A stretch of DNA of 64,000 bases. Origin: a virus. Lineage: Duplodnaviria > Caudoviricetes. The notes under the pieces were generated by a model. It did no database searches. It saw only the letters and a program-made list of their open reading frames with translations, and was not told the DNA's origin. The translations under genes and the position numbers were made by a program. The stretch's first letter is position 1; each line of letters starts with the position of its first letter. Below, piece after piece: positions 29,910-38,919 of the stretch. The stretch covers positions 192,001 to 256,000 of the IMG/VR virus record IMGVR_UViG_3300048861_000178; one strand, 5' to 3'.

Positions 29910-30020
29910 CGAGTAATCTCCAGCTGTTCTTCAACAGGTCGTGGACACAGGGGGATGGACCAAGTGTCTTGAAATCCATTAGAATAAGACTAAGCATAAA
30001 ATGAAGCAATAGGGGCTATC

Positions 30021-30491
30021 ATGCTGGCATGGAAAACTTTCACTCTCTTGTGGCCGTTTCTGAAGGAGCTCTTCCTTGGAAAGAAAACACTGAGCGAGGC
30101 ACTGAAGACAAACAAAGGCCGCGTCTTTCTGATGATAGCCATCATCGGGTCGGTCGTAATGAACTTATGGCTAGTGCCCAACATTGTGCGGATTTCCACC
30201 GACTACGTGGAGCTCAAACACAAGTACGACGATTTAAAGACAAGCGCCGACGATCGACCTAAGGTAGACACGCCGCCTGCACCGCCTGCACCTCCGCCCG
30301 TGAAGAAGTACACGTCGATCGTGCAGCCGGATAAGATTACAGAGTCACTGCCTGCGGCCGCCCGGTCGCCTGCCAGTGCACCTGTGGTGCCGGAAGCTAC
30401 GGTGCAGCAGTGGTCCAGTTACGACGCCACCGTGGCGCGTTTTAATCAAATCCAGGCGCGTGAGCGGACTGGCGGTTATAAGAGCAGGTAG
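30021..30491 (+). CDS. Single-pass membrane protein, Pro-rich
   Basis: TM segment VFLMIAIIGSVVMNLWLV, short coil, PPAPPAPPP. Confidence 0.65.
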   Translation: MLAWKTFTLLWPFLKELFLGKKTLSEALKTNKGRVFLMIAIIGSVVMNLWLVPNIVRISTDYVELKHKYDDLKTSADDRPKVDTPPAPPAPPPVKKYTSIVQPDKITESLPAAARSPASAPVVPEATVQQWSSYDATVARFNQIQARERTGGYKSR

Positions 30492-30495
30492 ACTC

Positions 30496-30969
30496 ATGAA
30501 ATCGCTAAAATACGCAGTAGTGCTGGCCATTGGCCTCACGGGGTGCAATAGCTTTAACACCTACGAGCCTCCCCACGGGCCACGAGGTCGGCAAGAGCAG
30601 CGCGAGCAACCCAAGAAGCAGGAGAAAGGCTTTTTCTCTTTCCTGTTTGGTAGTGACGATCAAGCCGCAAGTGAGGTGCCGGTCGAACAACCGGCTTCAG
30701 CTACGGAGATCATCATTGCCACGCGCGATGAAACTGGGAATGTGCTGTGTCCTTACGTCAAACTGGTGCCCGTGCCTCAGCCTCCACCAGTACCGGTGGA
30801 TCAGCTCAAGCAACTGAGCCCCAAGGATAAGGACGCGATCATTGCGCTGCTCACCGATCACATCGATCAGATGCACCAGTACTCCACGCGGGTGCGCGAT
30901 CAGAGCGAGCGACAGCGGCGTCAATACGCGGCTGAGTGCAAACGCTGGGTCATGCTCCATCAGCAGTAA
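30496..30969 (+). CDS. Lipoprotein
   Basis: MKSLKYAVVLAIGLTG|C lipobox; Pro-rich stretch and C-terminal helix. Confidence 0.7.
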   Translation: MKSLKYAVVLAIGLTGCNSFNTYEPPHGPRGRQEQREQPKKQEKGFFSFLFGSDDQAASEVPVEQPASATEIIIATRDETGNVLCPYVKLVPVPQPPPVPVDQLKQLSPKDKDAIIALLTDHIDQMHQYSTRVRDQSERQRRQYAAECKRWVMLHQQ

Positions 30970-31027
30970 AAAAAGTTATTTTGACAGGGTAGGTTCATGT
31001 TTTGCGACATGCCTGCCCTGCAGTTCC

Positions 31028-31477
31028 ATGACACCATCTACGATCCGAGATTGGCTTCAGACCAATCTGTCGCTTTATGTCCACGGGGATTTGCGCAAAC
31101 GCATTCCTTTGCCTGGCGTCTACGCGATTCATTTTCCCCACACCGATGAAGTCTTCTTCGGACAAACCAAGCACTTGTACCGAGGTCGGATTAAACACTT
31201 ACGTGCACTTAAACGGGGTGTAGCCGAAAACAAGGGTTTGCAACGTGCGTTTAAAGAAGGTAAGCGAACCTTTGATTTCTACTACATCAACCTCCCAGTC
31301 GAGGTGACGAAAGAGGTCGAGCAGGACTACTTAGACCTGCACCATGGACAACCTTACCTACTGAATCAGGCGAGGGCGTCTCGGACACGCAAGAAACAAT
31401 ATATTCCCTTGGGGGATACTCTGACGAGCCCGAAACACTCTGATTCGGTACGAATAGAAAAGAAAGGATTACAGCGT
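31028..31477 (+). CDS. GIY-YIG-like nuclease domain, in frame with RNase H and with no stop codon between
   Basis: PGVYAI...VFFGQT..L..R...H...L......NKGLQRAF...EQDYLD...LLN. Confidence 0.55.
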
Positions 31478-33115
31478 ATGTCAAGCGTAGAAGAAGTCGG
31501 TGCTGAGCCTGCAAAAGGCCAACCGGCACTACTCGATGCTCCACAAGGTGTGGTGTACCACACCGACGGGGGCTGCCGCCCGAATCCTGGCCCTGGTGGC
31601 TGGGGGATTCACGGTTATCTGTACGCGGCTGCTAAGCCGAAGAAAGGTTCGGGCAATCCGGACCACATCGTAACGGCTGCAGGTTATGTGACCAAGGTCG
31701 AATACAACAGGCAGTCCAACGATTGGACGCTTGCGGATTTCCAGGAATGGTTAAGCAATCCGCTGGCGCGGCGCAAGCACATGGAAGTCACCCCGATTGC
31801 TTACATCGACGGGTATGGCTCCTTCAGTGCGGCAATCACCAACAACATCGCTGAGCTGGTGGCCGCCACGCAAGCGCTGGAGCACGCCGCGCAGTATGAC
31901 GTGAAGATTGTGCAGGTGCATTGCGATTCGAAGTACGTCTGCAATGGCCTGATGGATTACGTGCCGACCTGGATTCGCAACAACTGGATCAAGTCCGACG
32001 GCATGGTCGTGAAGAATGCTGAGTACTGGAAGAAGCTCGTAAGCGCTCGCGACATCTTGACCAATCGCGGCGTGATGGTGCGCTTTGACTGGGTCAAGGG
32101 TCATAACGACCATCTGGGCAACGAGACGGCTGATCAGGCAGCGACGATTGGCGTGATGCTCTCACAGCGGGCGATGTTCGGCAAATCGTGGAGCTTCGAT
32201 CCGGACGGGCCGGTTGCGACCACCTACGCGTCGATCGACACCTCCCCGGCTGACGGCTACTGGAAGTACGACACGGAAAAGCATCCGTTTATCTCGATGC
32301 CCCGGATGTACTTTAACACCTGTACGGATTACTTCCGGCCGGGTGAGTACTACCTCAGTAACGGTCGTGAGGAAGAGCATCCGGGCAAACGCATCAGTGA
32401 CGGCGCGTACGCGATTGTCAAGCTGAAGACACCCGACCCGGTGTTGGAACTGGTGCGGGGTCACCAGAGCACCCTGGCTGATAACGTCATGGCACTCGCG
32501 TCGGCGCGCCTGGACTTTATCTACCGCCCCGACATTCACAAGAAGCTCTCGCAGCATGGCCCGCTTGTGATGGTGCAGGACAATCCGCGGCGTCTGGACA
32601 CCTTCGATTTGCACAGTCTTGATAAGGACAAGCAGAAGGAACCCATCACGCGTGAGCACCAACCGCCTCATCTGGCGATGCGTGCCGTGGAGTCCATTGA
32701 GCTCCTGATGCACAAGCTCAATCAGTATCTGGCGAAGGACCCGGAGATTGTTGTCACGGATCTGACCGATATTCTGTATGAGAAGAGTCAAAAGGTCGTC
32801 AAGAAAGAGACGGTCGACGTCTGCACGCTAAATCCGAAGTACAACGTCGGGTTTGCGGCCATGGATATTGAGGCTAAGTACAAGACCGATGAAGGTATCG
32901 GTACTGCGTCAGTGACCCTGACACTTGGCATTGACCTCCTCGATCGGAACGCTCTGAAGCGCCTGGAGAATTCTCACCCGAAAGTCAGTTTGATTACCTG
33001 GCTGGAGGCCCCGCACATTTTCCGTTACGCCACGGTGATTGAAACCGAGGAGGATCTGGGAATTTGGGCGGGCGTGTACAGTAACGTGCGGATTGTGACG
33101 CCGCAATCTCACTAA
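31478..33115 (+). CDS. rnhA: Ribonuclease HI (phiKZ gp155-like, with long C-terminal extension)
   Basis: HTDGGCRPNPGPGGWG, TNNIAEL, CDSKYV, WVKGH..HLGNETAD; AAAGGA RBS before ATG 31478. Confidence 0.9.
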   Translation: MSSVEEVGAEPAKGQPALLDAPQGVVYHTDGGCRPNPGPGGWGIHGYLYAAAKPKKGSGNPDHIVTAAGYVTKVEYNRQSNDWTLADFQEWLSNPLARRKHMEVTPIAYIDGYGSFSAAITNNIAELVAATQALEHAAQYDVKIVQVHCDSKYVCNGLMDYVPTWIRNNWIKSDGMVVKNAEYWKKLVSARDILTNRGVMVRFDWVKGHNDHLGNETADQAATIGVMLSQRAMFGKSWSFDPDGPVATTYASIDTSPADGYWKYDTEKHPFISMPRMYFNTCTDYFRPGEYYLSNGREEEHPGKRISDGAYAIVKLKTPDPVLELVRGHQSTLADNVMALASARLDFIYRPDIHKKLSQHGPLVMVQDNPRRLDTFDLHSLDKDKQKEPITREHQPPHLAMRAVESIELLMHKLNQYLAKDPEIVVTDLTDILYEKSQKVVKKETVDVCTLNPKYNVGFAAMDIEAKYKTDEGIGTASVTLTLGIDLLDRNALKRLENSHPKVSLITWLEAPHIFRYATVIETEEDLGIWAGVYSNVRIVTPQSH

Positions 33116-33166
33116 CCTCGATGGGTTGCTGCTTATTACCGTCAGTGGCGGCCCATTATTGGAGTT

Positions 33167-33586
33167 TTGTCCATGTTACGGTTAACGGCAAGTCTGAAAT
33201 CTGGAGTTGCAAGTGTCCTGGAAACATCGCTGCCTGCCCGGACGAAGAAGCTGATTCTGTTTGCTTCGATCGTCGCGAAAGCCAAGGAAACGCGCAGCTT
33301 GGATGTTCAGACGATTCGTAAGCTCAACAATCTCATGGACCTGGCTGGCGAGGAAAAGGCGATGGGTTTGCCCGCGTCGCTTTCCAAAGCCATCTGGGAC
33401 GGCAAGACTTCGGTCGATGCCATAGCACTGCTATCCAAGGGGGGTCCTCTTCCTGAATCCACCATCGGTGACCTCGTACAACAAATCAAGGCCTGCATCC
33501 CATCGTGGTTGCGTTACGGTCGTGAAGGTGAGGTCGATGCGGATCTGCAGAAGTTGTTCCGTCATAAGTCCGAAATTTTGGGCTAG
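33167..33586 (+). CDS. Hypothetical protein
   Basis: GGAG RBS; start may be ATG 33172-region; IPSWLRY motif. Confidence 0.65.
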   Translation: MSMLRLTASLKSGVASVLETSLPARTKKLILFASIVAKAKETRSLDVQTIRKLNNLMDLAGEEKAMGLPASLSKAIWDGKTSVDAIALLSKGGPLPESTIGDLVQQIKACIPSWLRYGREGEVDADLQKLFRHKSEILG

Positions 33587-33594
33587 TGTCGCCG

Positions 33595-33651
33595 CGGTCA
33601 TATTCCCACTAACCTCCCCAGTGGTGCGGGCGGGTTAGTGGGTTTATGCCG
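33595..33651. terminator. Bidirectional element CGGTCATA-hairpin-TTTATGCCG
   Basis: CCCACTAACC...GGTTAGTGGG between convergent genes. Confidence 0.75.
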
Positions 33652-33665
33652 CTTGGGCGACGCTC

Positions 33666-34493
33666 TTACGACTTCAGGTTATCGGTGATCTTGTCGACCG
33701 ATTCGTTGATGCTCGTGTTAAACGCCATCACGCGGAAGTACATCGTCGAGAAGAACTCGAGCTCACAGGCGATCTGGTAGGCGCCCTCGGAGAGCTCTTG
33801 CGCGACTTCGTACGCAGTGCTTTCCATCTTGCCGTCCTTGAGCATCTGGACGATCTTTTCCATGTACTGGGTGGCTTCTTTCACCTTCGCATTGAGCTTC
33901 TCACGCGAGACGCTGTTGCTCAGCTTGGAGAGCGTGTCGACTTCACCGAAGACGAGCTCCCAGTCCTTGTTGCGCGCGACGGCCTCGCTGTACTTCATGG
34001 TCGTGTCGTGACGACCCGGATTGAAGCAGGCGCCGATGTCCTTCAAGAGGCTCGTGCGGGCTTCTTGCAGACCCTGGTAGACCTTGGCCGAATTTTCCGT
34101 CGAGAAGCGTTGATACTCGTTGGTGATCAGCAGCGCCAAGTACGTGGTGTACTGGTTCAGCAGGTCCATCACCTTGGCCGAATGCTCAGCACCGCGCTTC
34201 AGTGCCGCAGCGAGCTCCAGGTAACTACCCGTCATCCCTTCGGGGCAGTAAACGGCGAGCGGGCTGATGTCGACGTAGTTGTGACGCTCCAGCAGCTTCA
34301 TGAAGCTCGCCTGATGGCGCGAGAGCGGCACTGGCTTGTCGGTGCCCGAGAAGCGCTGCGTGAAATCGAGGAAGTGTTTCTTGATGTCCGGGAAGATCTG
34401 TTTGAGCATGCCGGTGACATCGAGTGCCTGGACGCTGAAAGTCTCCAGCGCCACAACGTCACGATGGTGACGCAGAGTTTGAAGCGAGTCCAT
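33666..34493 (-). CDS. Head protein (phiKZ gp153-like)
   Basis: AAGGA RBS before MDSLQ; N-terminal VALE putative cleavage site; divergent from uvsX as in relatives. Confidence 0.6.
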   Translation of the reverse strand: MDSLQTLRHHRDVVALETFSVQALDVTGMLKQIFPDIKKHFLDFTQRFSGTDKPVPLSRHQASFMKLLERHNYVDISPLAVYCPEGMTGSYLELAAALKRGAEHSAKVMDLLNQYTTYLALLITNEYQRFSTENSAKVYQGLQEARTSLLKDIGACFNPGRHDTTMKYSEAVARNKDWELVFGEVDTLSKLSNSVSREKLNAKVKEATQYMEKIVQMLKDGKMESTAYEVAQELSEGAYQIACELEFFSTMYFRVMAFNTSINESVDKITDNLKS

Positions 34494-34634
34494 AGGTGTC
34501 CTTCTGACTGGGGTAAGTTTGTAAGCCATAACATGCGCGTGATGGTTATAGCTGTGTGGTATTTTTCACCGGCTATCGCCATTATTTGTACGGCTGTGTT
34601 TCGTCATTCTCCATTTAAGACCAAAGCAAAGCAC

Positions 34635-36065
34635 ATGGAATTTCTTCAACCTAAAATCAACGCTGCGCCCAACGTGAAACTGATGATTAACATCGGTGCA
34701 CTGATGGACATCCCCACCGGCACCTATATCGAGGGGCGCAAGGGTGAGCACATCCTTAACGGCGGCCTGGCTACGCTTACCGGGGTCGTGGGGATTGGTA
34801 ACAACTTCAAGTCCACGGTGATGCACTACCAGATGCTCACCGCGATGTCGCGTTTTCGCCAGGCTTCGGCCTCCACCTACGACACCGAAGTCAACATTCA
34901 GGAATGGCACTTGATGGAGATGATCCGTCGAGTCGAAGGGCTGCACGAAGAAGACGTCCTGCAAACGGGACGTTGGATCATCACCGACAAGACCATGCAC
35001 ACGGGCGACGACTGGTACGCCAAGCAGCGTGAGTTCTTGGAGGAGAAAGCCAAGAACGTCGGCAAGTGGTCGGTGGATACGCCGTTCTGGAATCGGGATC
35101 GCTCGGGGCCGCTGCGCATGATCATCCCCACGTTCAATGAGATCGACTCCTTCACGGAATTCGAAACCTCGGACGTGATGGACATGCAGGACAAGAACGA
35201 TCTGGGCGAGTCGGGCGGTAACACGATTCACATGCGTCAGGGTCTGGCCAAGCTGCGCCTGCTGATGGAAGCGCCGCGTCTGAACGGTCAGGCGAATAAC
35301 TACTCGCTGATGACCGCGCACATCGGCAAAGAGTCGACGATGCAAAATGCGGGGCCTGCTGGTTCGGTCCCGATCGTCAAGCTCAAGCACCTGAAAAACG
35401 GCGACAAGATCAAGGGCACGACCGACAAGTTCACCTTCATCACGCACAACTGCTGGCACGCTTATAACGCCTCGCCTTTGATGGCGGCGGACAAGAACGG
35501 GCCGGAGTATCCGCGCGATTCCGATGACAAGGTCAAGCTCGATACGGACTTGAACACCGTGCAGTTGCGTAACCTGCGCTCCAAGTCGGGCCCATCAGGC
35601 ATGGCGATCACCTTGATTGTCTCGCAAACCGAAGGCGTGTTGCCCTCACTGACCGAGTTCCATCACATCCGTGAACAGGACTACTACGGCCTGGTGGGCA
35701 GCAAGATCAACTACGCACTGGCTATCTACCCGGAGTGCAAGCTGGGTCGTACTACCGTGCGCAGCAAGATCGACGAAGACGCGAAGTTGCGGCGCGCGCT
35801 GAACATCACCTCCGAGATGTGCCAGATGTCGTACATGTGGCATCACCTGGATGACCTGATGTGCACGCCCGAAGAGCTGTACAACGACCTGAAGGCCAAG
35901 GGTTACGACTGGGAGCTGCTGCTCAATACGCGCGGCTGGTGGACGACGGACGAAGATCATCCGCTGCCTTTCCTCTCGACGATGGATCTCTTGCGCATGC
36001 GCAAGGGTCTGTACCACCCGTACTGGTATCCGGTCAGCGTGGATGCCCTGAAGGCCGCAGCATGA
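34635..36065 (+). CDS. uvsX: UvsX/RecA-like recombinase (phiKZ gp152-like)
   Basis: NIGALMDIPTG, GIGNNFKST Walker A-like, YDTE, IDSFT, LRSKSGPSG. Confidence 0.8.
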   Translation: MEFLQPKINAAPNVKLMINIGALMDIPTGTYIEGRKGEHILNGGLATLTGVVGIGNNFKSTVMHYQMLTAMSRFRQASASTYDTEVNIQEWHLMEMIRRVEGLHEEDVLQTGRWIITDKTMHTGDDWYAKQREFLEEKAKNVGKWSVDTPFWNRDRSGPLRMIIPTFNEIDSFTEFETSDVMDMQDKNDLGESGGNTIHMRQGLAKLRLLMEAPRLNGQANNYSLMTAHIGKESTMQNAGPAGSVPIVKLKHLKNGDKIKGTTDKFTFITHNCWHAYNASPLMAADKNGPEYPRDSDDKVKLDTDLNTVQLRNLRSKSGPSGMAITLIVSQTEGVLPSLTEFHHIREQDYYGLVGSKINYALAIYPECKLGRTTVRSKIDEDAKLRRALNITSEMCQMSYMWHHLDDLMCTPEELYNDLKAKGYDWELLLNTRGWWTTDEDHPLPFLSTMDLLRMRKGLYHPYWYPVSVDALKAAA

Positions 36066-36229
36066 AGTATCTGCGTCGTTTGATTAGAACGACGCTTTGC
36101 AAGCACCCCGAGAAGAAGATGGTCCGGACTGATCTCGTATTGGTCCACCGTGTTTGTAAGGGGTGTGGCAAAGATTTCGTCGAACCCTACAACGGTTTTA
36201 AGGCCCTGAGCTATCATGAGCACCACTGA
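36062..36229 (+). CDS. Small Cys/His (zinc-binding-like) protein
   Basis: ATGA overlap with uvsX; CKH...CKGCG. Confidence 0.5.
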   Translation: MKYLRRLIRTTLCKHPEKKMVRTDLVLVHRVCKGCGKDFVEPYNGFKALSYHEHH

Positions 36230-36506
36230 ACAAGCAGAAATCCCCGTCACCTCGCCGGTGAAGTTTGTGATCAACGACGTGGTGGAACATGTTAAGTCCG
36301 GTGGCCTGTACGTGGTCGCTGGACTGCCCACGGAGTACGTTCTCGAGAACACGCGTGAACCCGCGTACGCTTACCGGATGAAAGATGGTCGGGTGTGCGT
36401 GCGCTGTCAGTCGGAGTTCGAGGACGGTCGTTTCGTCTATCGTGGCCGAGCCAAAGCACTCGGCTACCCCGAAGAACCCACACGCCCGCCCATGACGCGC
36501 GGCTAG
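36216..36506 (+). CDS. DUF1653-like small protein
   Basis: HVKSGGLYVV...E...AY....GRVCVR...EF..GRF pattern. Confidence 0.55.
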   Translation: MSTTEQAEIPVTSPVKFVINDVVEHVKSGGLYVVAGLPTEYVLENTREPAYAYRMKDGRVCVRCQSEFEDGRFVYRGRAKALGYPEEPTRPPMTRG

Positions 36507-36516
36507 GAGTACCAAC

Positions 36517-36885
36517 ATGAATACCGCAGTTCAATCCACTGACATCGTCGGTGGCGAAGCCCCCGCCCAACTCGAAGCCAATCTGATCGACTACGTGACG
36601 ACTCGGCTGGCCGAATCCGGTCACCCGAATCCGAGCGCCTGGCAGACCTATGGCGAAGGCATCCATAGCGACGCCTACAGCACGATCGAATTCCCCCGTC
36701 ATCGCTTCCTGGTCAATCGTCAACTGCGTCAGCTCGTCGGTGCGGTGCCCGCGAATACCACGCAGATTCGTTTCTGCCTGGTCGATCAGGGCACGGCCGA
36801 TGACTGGATGCGTCTCTTCGAACAGATGGTCCTGCCATGCATGATGAAATTCAGCATTCCGCAATCGCACTACGCGAGCGCTTAA
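36517..36885 (+). CDS. Hypothetical protein
   Basis: AGGAG RBS, 122 aa. Confidence 0.7.
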   Translation: MNTAVQSTDIVGGEAPAQLEANLIDYVTTRLAESGHPNPSAWQTYGEGIHSDAYSTIEFPRHRFLVNRQLRQLVGAVPANTTQIRFCLVDQGTADDWMRLFEQMVLPCMMKFSIPQSHYASA

Positions 36886-37427
36886 ATCTGCTCGACGAAT
36901 GGCCCATCGTCAAGGGCCGAGAGTTTGTGGTGCCGCACGAGCTGTTAACGCGCGAGATCTGGGACGCGATCATTGTGGTCGCCGGGGGTCGCAACTATAA
37001 CCGTTACGAGGACTTTGTCCACTGGTTAGAATTGCGGCTCATGAAAGAGGATTTGGTTGACTTACCCAGGATCGTTTTTGTATCCGGCAAGGCCAGTAAG
37101 GGCGCTGATGATATGATTATCCACTGGTGCAAAGAGAACGGCTTCCCATGGGCGGAGTTTCCTGCCGATTGGGACGGGCTCGGGCGTAGCGCAGGTTATG
37201 TGCGCAACACTCAAATGGCACGCGTGGCAACCCATCTCATCACGTTCTGGGACGGTGAATCACGAGGCACGAAACACATGATCGATCAGGGCAAGAAGTA
37301 CCAGCTCACCATGACGATCAACCTTGTGGAACCGGACGAGGACTGGCTTGAACGGATTAGGAAAACATCATGGCAGGAAACCGAGCAGCTGCTGAAGCGG
37401 TTATCTACGAATGGATCGAGAAGTTGA
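36837..37427 (+). CDS. SLOG superfamily (YspA/DUF2493-like) protein
   Basis: IVVAGGRNY, VSG.A.KGAD, PADW..LGRSAGYVRN.QM, FWDGESRGTKHMI; start uncertain. Confidence 0.8.
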   Translation: MHDEIQHSAIALRERLNLLDEWPIVKGREFVVPHELLTREIWDAIIVVAGGRNYNRYEDFVHWLELRLMKEDLVDLPRIVFVSGKASKGADDMIIHWCKENGFPWAEFPADWDGLGRSAGYVRNTQMARVATHLITFWDGESRGTKHMIDQGKKYQLTMTINLVEPDEDWLERIRKTSWQETEQLLKRLSTNGSRS

Positions 37428-38065
37428 TCCCGGAGTCAGGTAACACTGACATTTACCGCGACCTCTTTGCCAGTATGGACGACGCGGCGTTTGCCGTGTG
37501 GATGGAAAAGCTTGAGCGGCAGGAGATTCGACTCGCGGTGATTGCGCCTAACCTCGCAGAACACCCGCAAGGCGGCGACAAGACGTTAGTGCGCCTAGAC
37601 ATCGAACGGAACCTGAAGCTGGCTGATGAACTGGGCCATAACTTCTTTGAAAGGATCTGGATCGACAATGGCAACGATATTCCACCGTATCTGTCACCGA
37701 TTCCGTACCTGGTGGTTGATCTCCCCCTGCGCCGTCAAGCGCAGCTGCTGGTCAAGAAGATCTCGATTCCTGAAGACTCTAAGTCCGTGGACGATTTCAC
37801 AGGCCAGCCGACCGGGAAGTCCAAGGGATCGAAGATCTCCTACCCAGAGACGCAGATTATGGCCGCACTTAACCTGGACGCTAACCTCACCGAGATGCTC
37901 AAGTATCGAGGCGGGGATGAGAAAGGCTTTGATGCGCTCAATTCCGCTATCAGCAAAACTGGCGGGGTGTCGCTCAAGTCGATCGAGAAGCTGGGCACCC
38001 AGGTGAAGTCGACGCAAACGCTTTCCATCATCTTGACCTGCATGCATTTGTCCAACACGCTTTGA
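37370..38065 (+). CDS. rpoB: Virion RNA polymerase beta subunit, C-terminal part (phiKZ gp149-like)
   Basis: LPLRRQAQLL.KK, DDFTGQPTG.SKGSKISYPE (matching the beta region I TxQP...G...E), EMLKYRGGD. Confidence 0.8.
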   Translation: MAGNRAAAEAVIYEWIEKLIPESGNTDIYRDLFASMDDAAFAVWMEKLERQEIRLAVIAPNLAEHPQGGDKTLVRLDIERNLKLADELGHNFFERIWIDNGNDIPPYLSPIPYLVVDLPLRRQAQLLVKKISIPEDSKSVDDFTGQPTGKSKGSKISYPETQIMAALNLDANLTEMLKYRGGDEKGFDALNSAISKTGGVSLKSIEKLGTQVKSTQTLSIILTCMHLSNTL

Positions 38066-38181
38066 TGGAAGAAGATCCGAACTCTCCCTGGTACGAGGAT
38101 TCGTGCGATCGGGATGATTTGCTGCTGGCTTGCATTATCATCGAGGTCATTCTGATCGGGCTGCTGAAGGCCTGGTCTTAG
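38065..38181 (+). CDS. Small membrane peptide (38 aa)
   Basis: TGATG coupling to the previous gene; MEEDPNSPWYEDSCDRDDLLLACIIIEVILIGLLKAWS. Confidence 0.45.
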   Translation: MEEDPNSPWYEDSCDRDDLLLACIIIEVILIGLLKAWS

Positions 38182-38190
38182 GAGCACATC

Positions 38191-38439
38191 GTGGGACTCT
38201 TTACTGACATTGGTTACGACCGGCTTGCCAAGGAGCGCCGTGAGCGCTTTATTCGCGAAGGTCGAGCCGGTGAAAGTCTGGGCTTTACCAACCGGCCAGA
38301 TCTTAACTATCCCTGGGACGAGGAGTCCCGGTTCACGACGATCGATGCCTGGATCTGCGTGATCCTCGCTCTCATCGGTCTAATTGGGATAGTTGCTATG
38401 ATCTGGAGCGATCACTTCGTCTGGAGCGGCCATGTCTGA
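38191..38439 (+). CDS. Small membrane protein
   Basis: AGGAG RBS, GTG start, C-terminal TM helix. Confidence 0.6.
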   Translation: MGLFTDIGYDRLAKERRERFIREGRAGESLGFTNRPDLNYPWDEESRFTTIDAWICVILALIGLIGIVAMIWSDHFVWSGHV

Positions 38440-38533
38440 AGTACACAAACGCGTAATGGCGCAGATTCGTGCCTGGAAGTTGATGTACGACTCCCAGCCG
38501 TGTCGCGTCATCGTCACACCGAAACAACAATGA
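38432..38533 (+). CDS. Possible 33 aa peptide
   Basis: GGAG RBS; stop overlaps the next ATG (ATGA); fills the gap exactly. Confidence 0.3.
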   Translation: MSEVHKRVMAQIRAWKLMYDSQPCRVIVTPKQQ

Positions 38534-38919
38534 ATATCGACGCCTATTTCGTCGACAAGTGGATCACGCTCGAACTGGCTCAGGCCCTCTCACGGGAGCC
38601 TCAGCCAGTCGGGCCTTTATTTCCCGAGCTTCGTAAAGCAATAGGCATGTACGCCTTGTACTTTCCGGAGCACGAAGCTGTGTATTTCGGAGAAGCAGGC
38701 GATCTGGAACACGCTAAAGCCCATCACCTGTATCAACTTCGCTGTCAACGTCATGAAAACCCGGCTGTACAACAAGCTTTCAACGACGATCCGGAAGGCA
38801 AGGTCCTATTCTTCGCGATTGTTACGTCACGTCGCGAGCAAGCGCGAGCCCTTCTCGAGCAATTTCTAGCAGCCTATAAAGACTGCGCTACTTTACTAAA
38901 TAACGGGGTGTTGGAGTGA
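38530..38919 (+). CDS. GIY-YIG-like domain protein
   Basis: IGMYALY...VYFGE..DL....AHH...L....HENPAVQQAFN...LEQ...LLN. Confidence 0.6.
   Translation: MNIDAYFVDKWITLELAQALSREPQPVGPLFPELRKAIGMYALYFPEHEAVYFGEAGDLEHAKAHHLYQLRCQRHENPAVQQAFNDDPEGKVLFFAIVTSRREQARALLEQFLAAYKDCATLLNNGVLE

Noticed and set aside
30842-31027. Further upstream extension of the GIY-YIG/RNase H ORF
   Set aside because: Overlaps the lipoprotein gene, looks non-protein-like and has no RBS
33798-34634. 279 aa in-frame N-terminal extension of UvsX in the ORF track
   Set aside because: It is the antisense shadow of the minus-strand head protein gene; recognisable UvsX begins at ATG 34635
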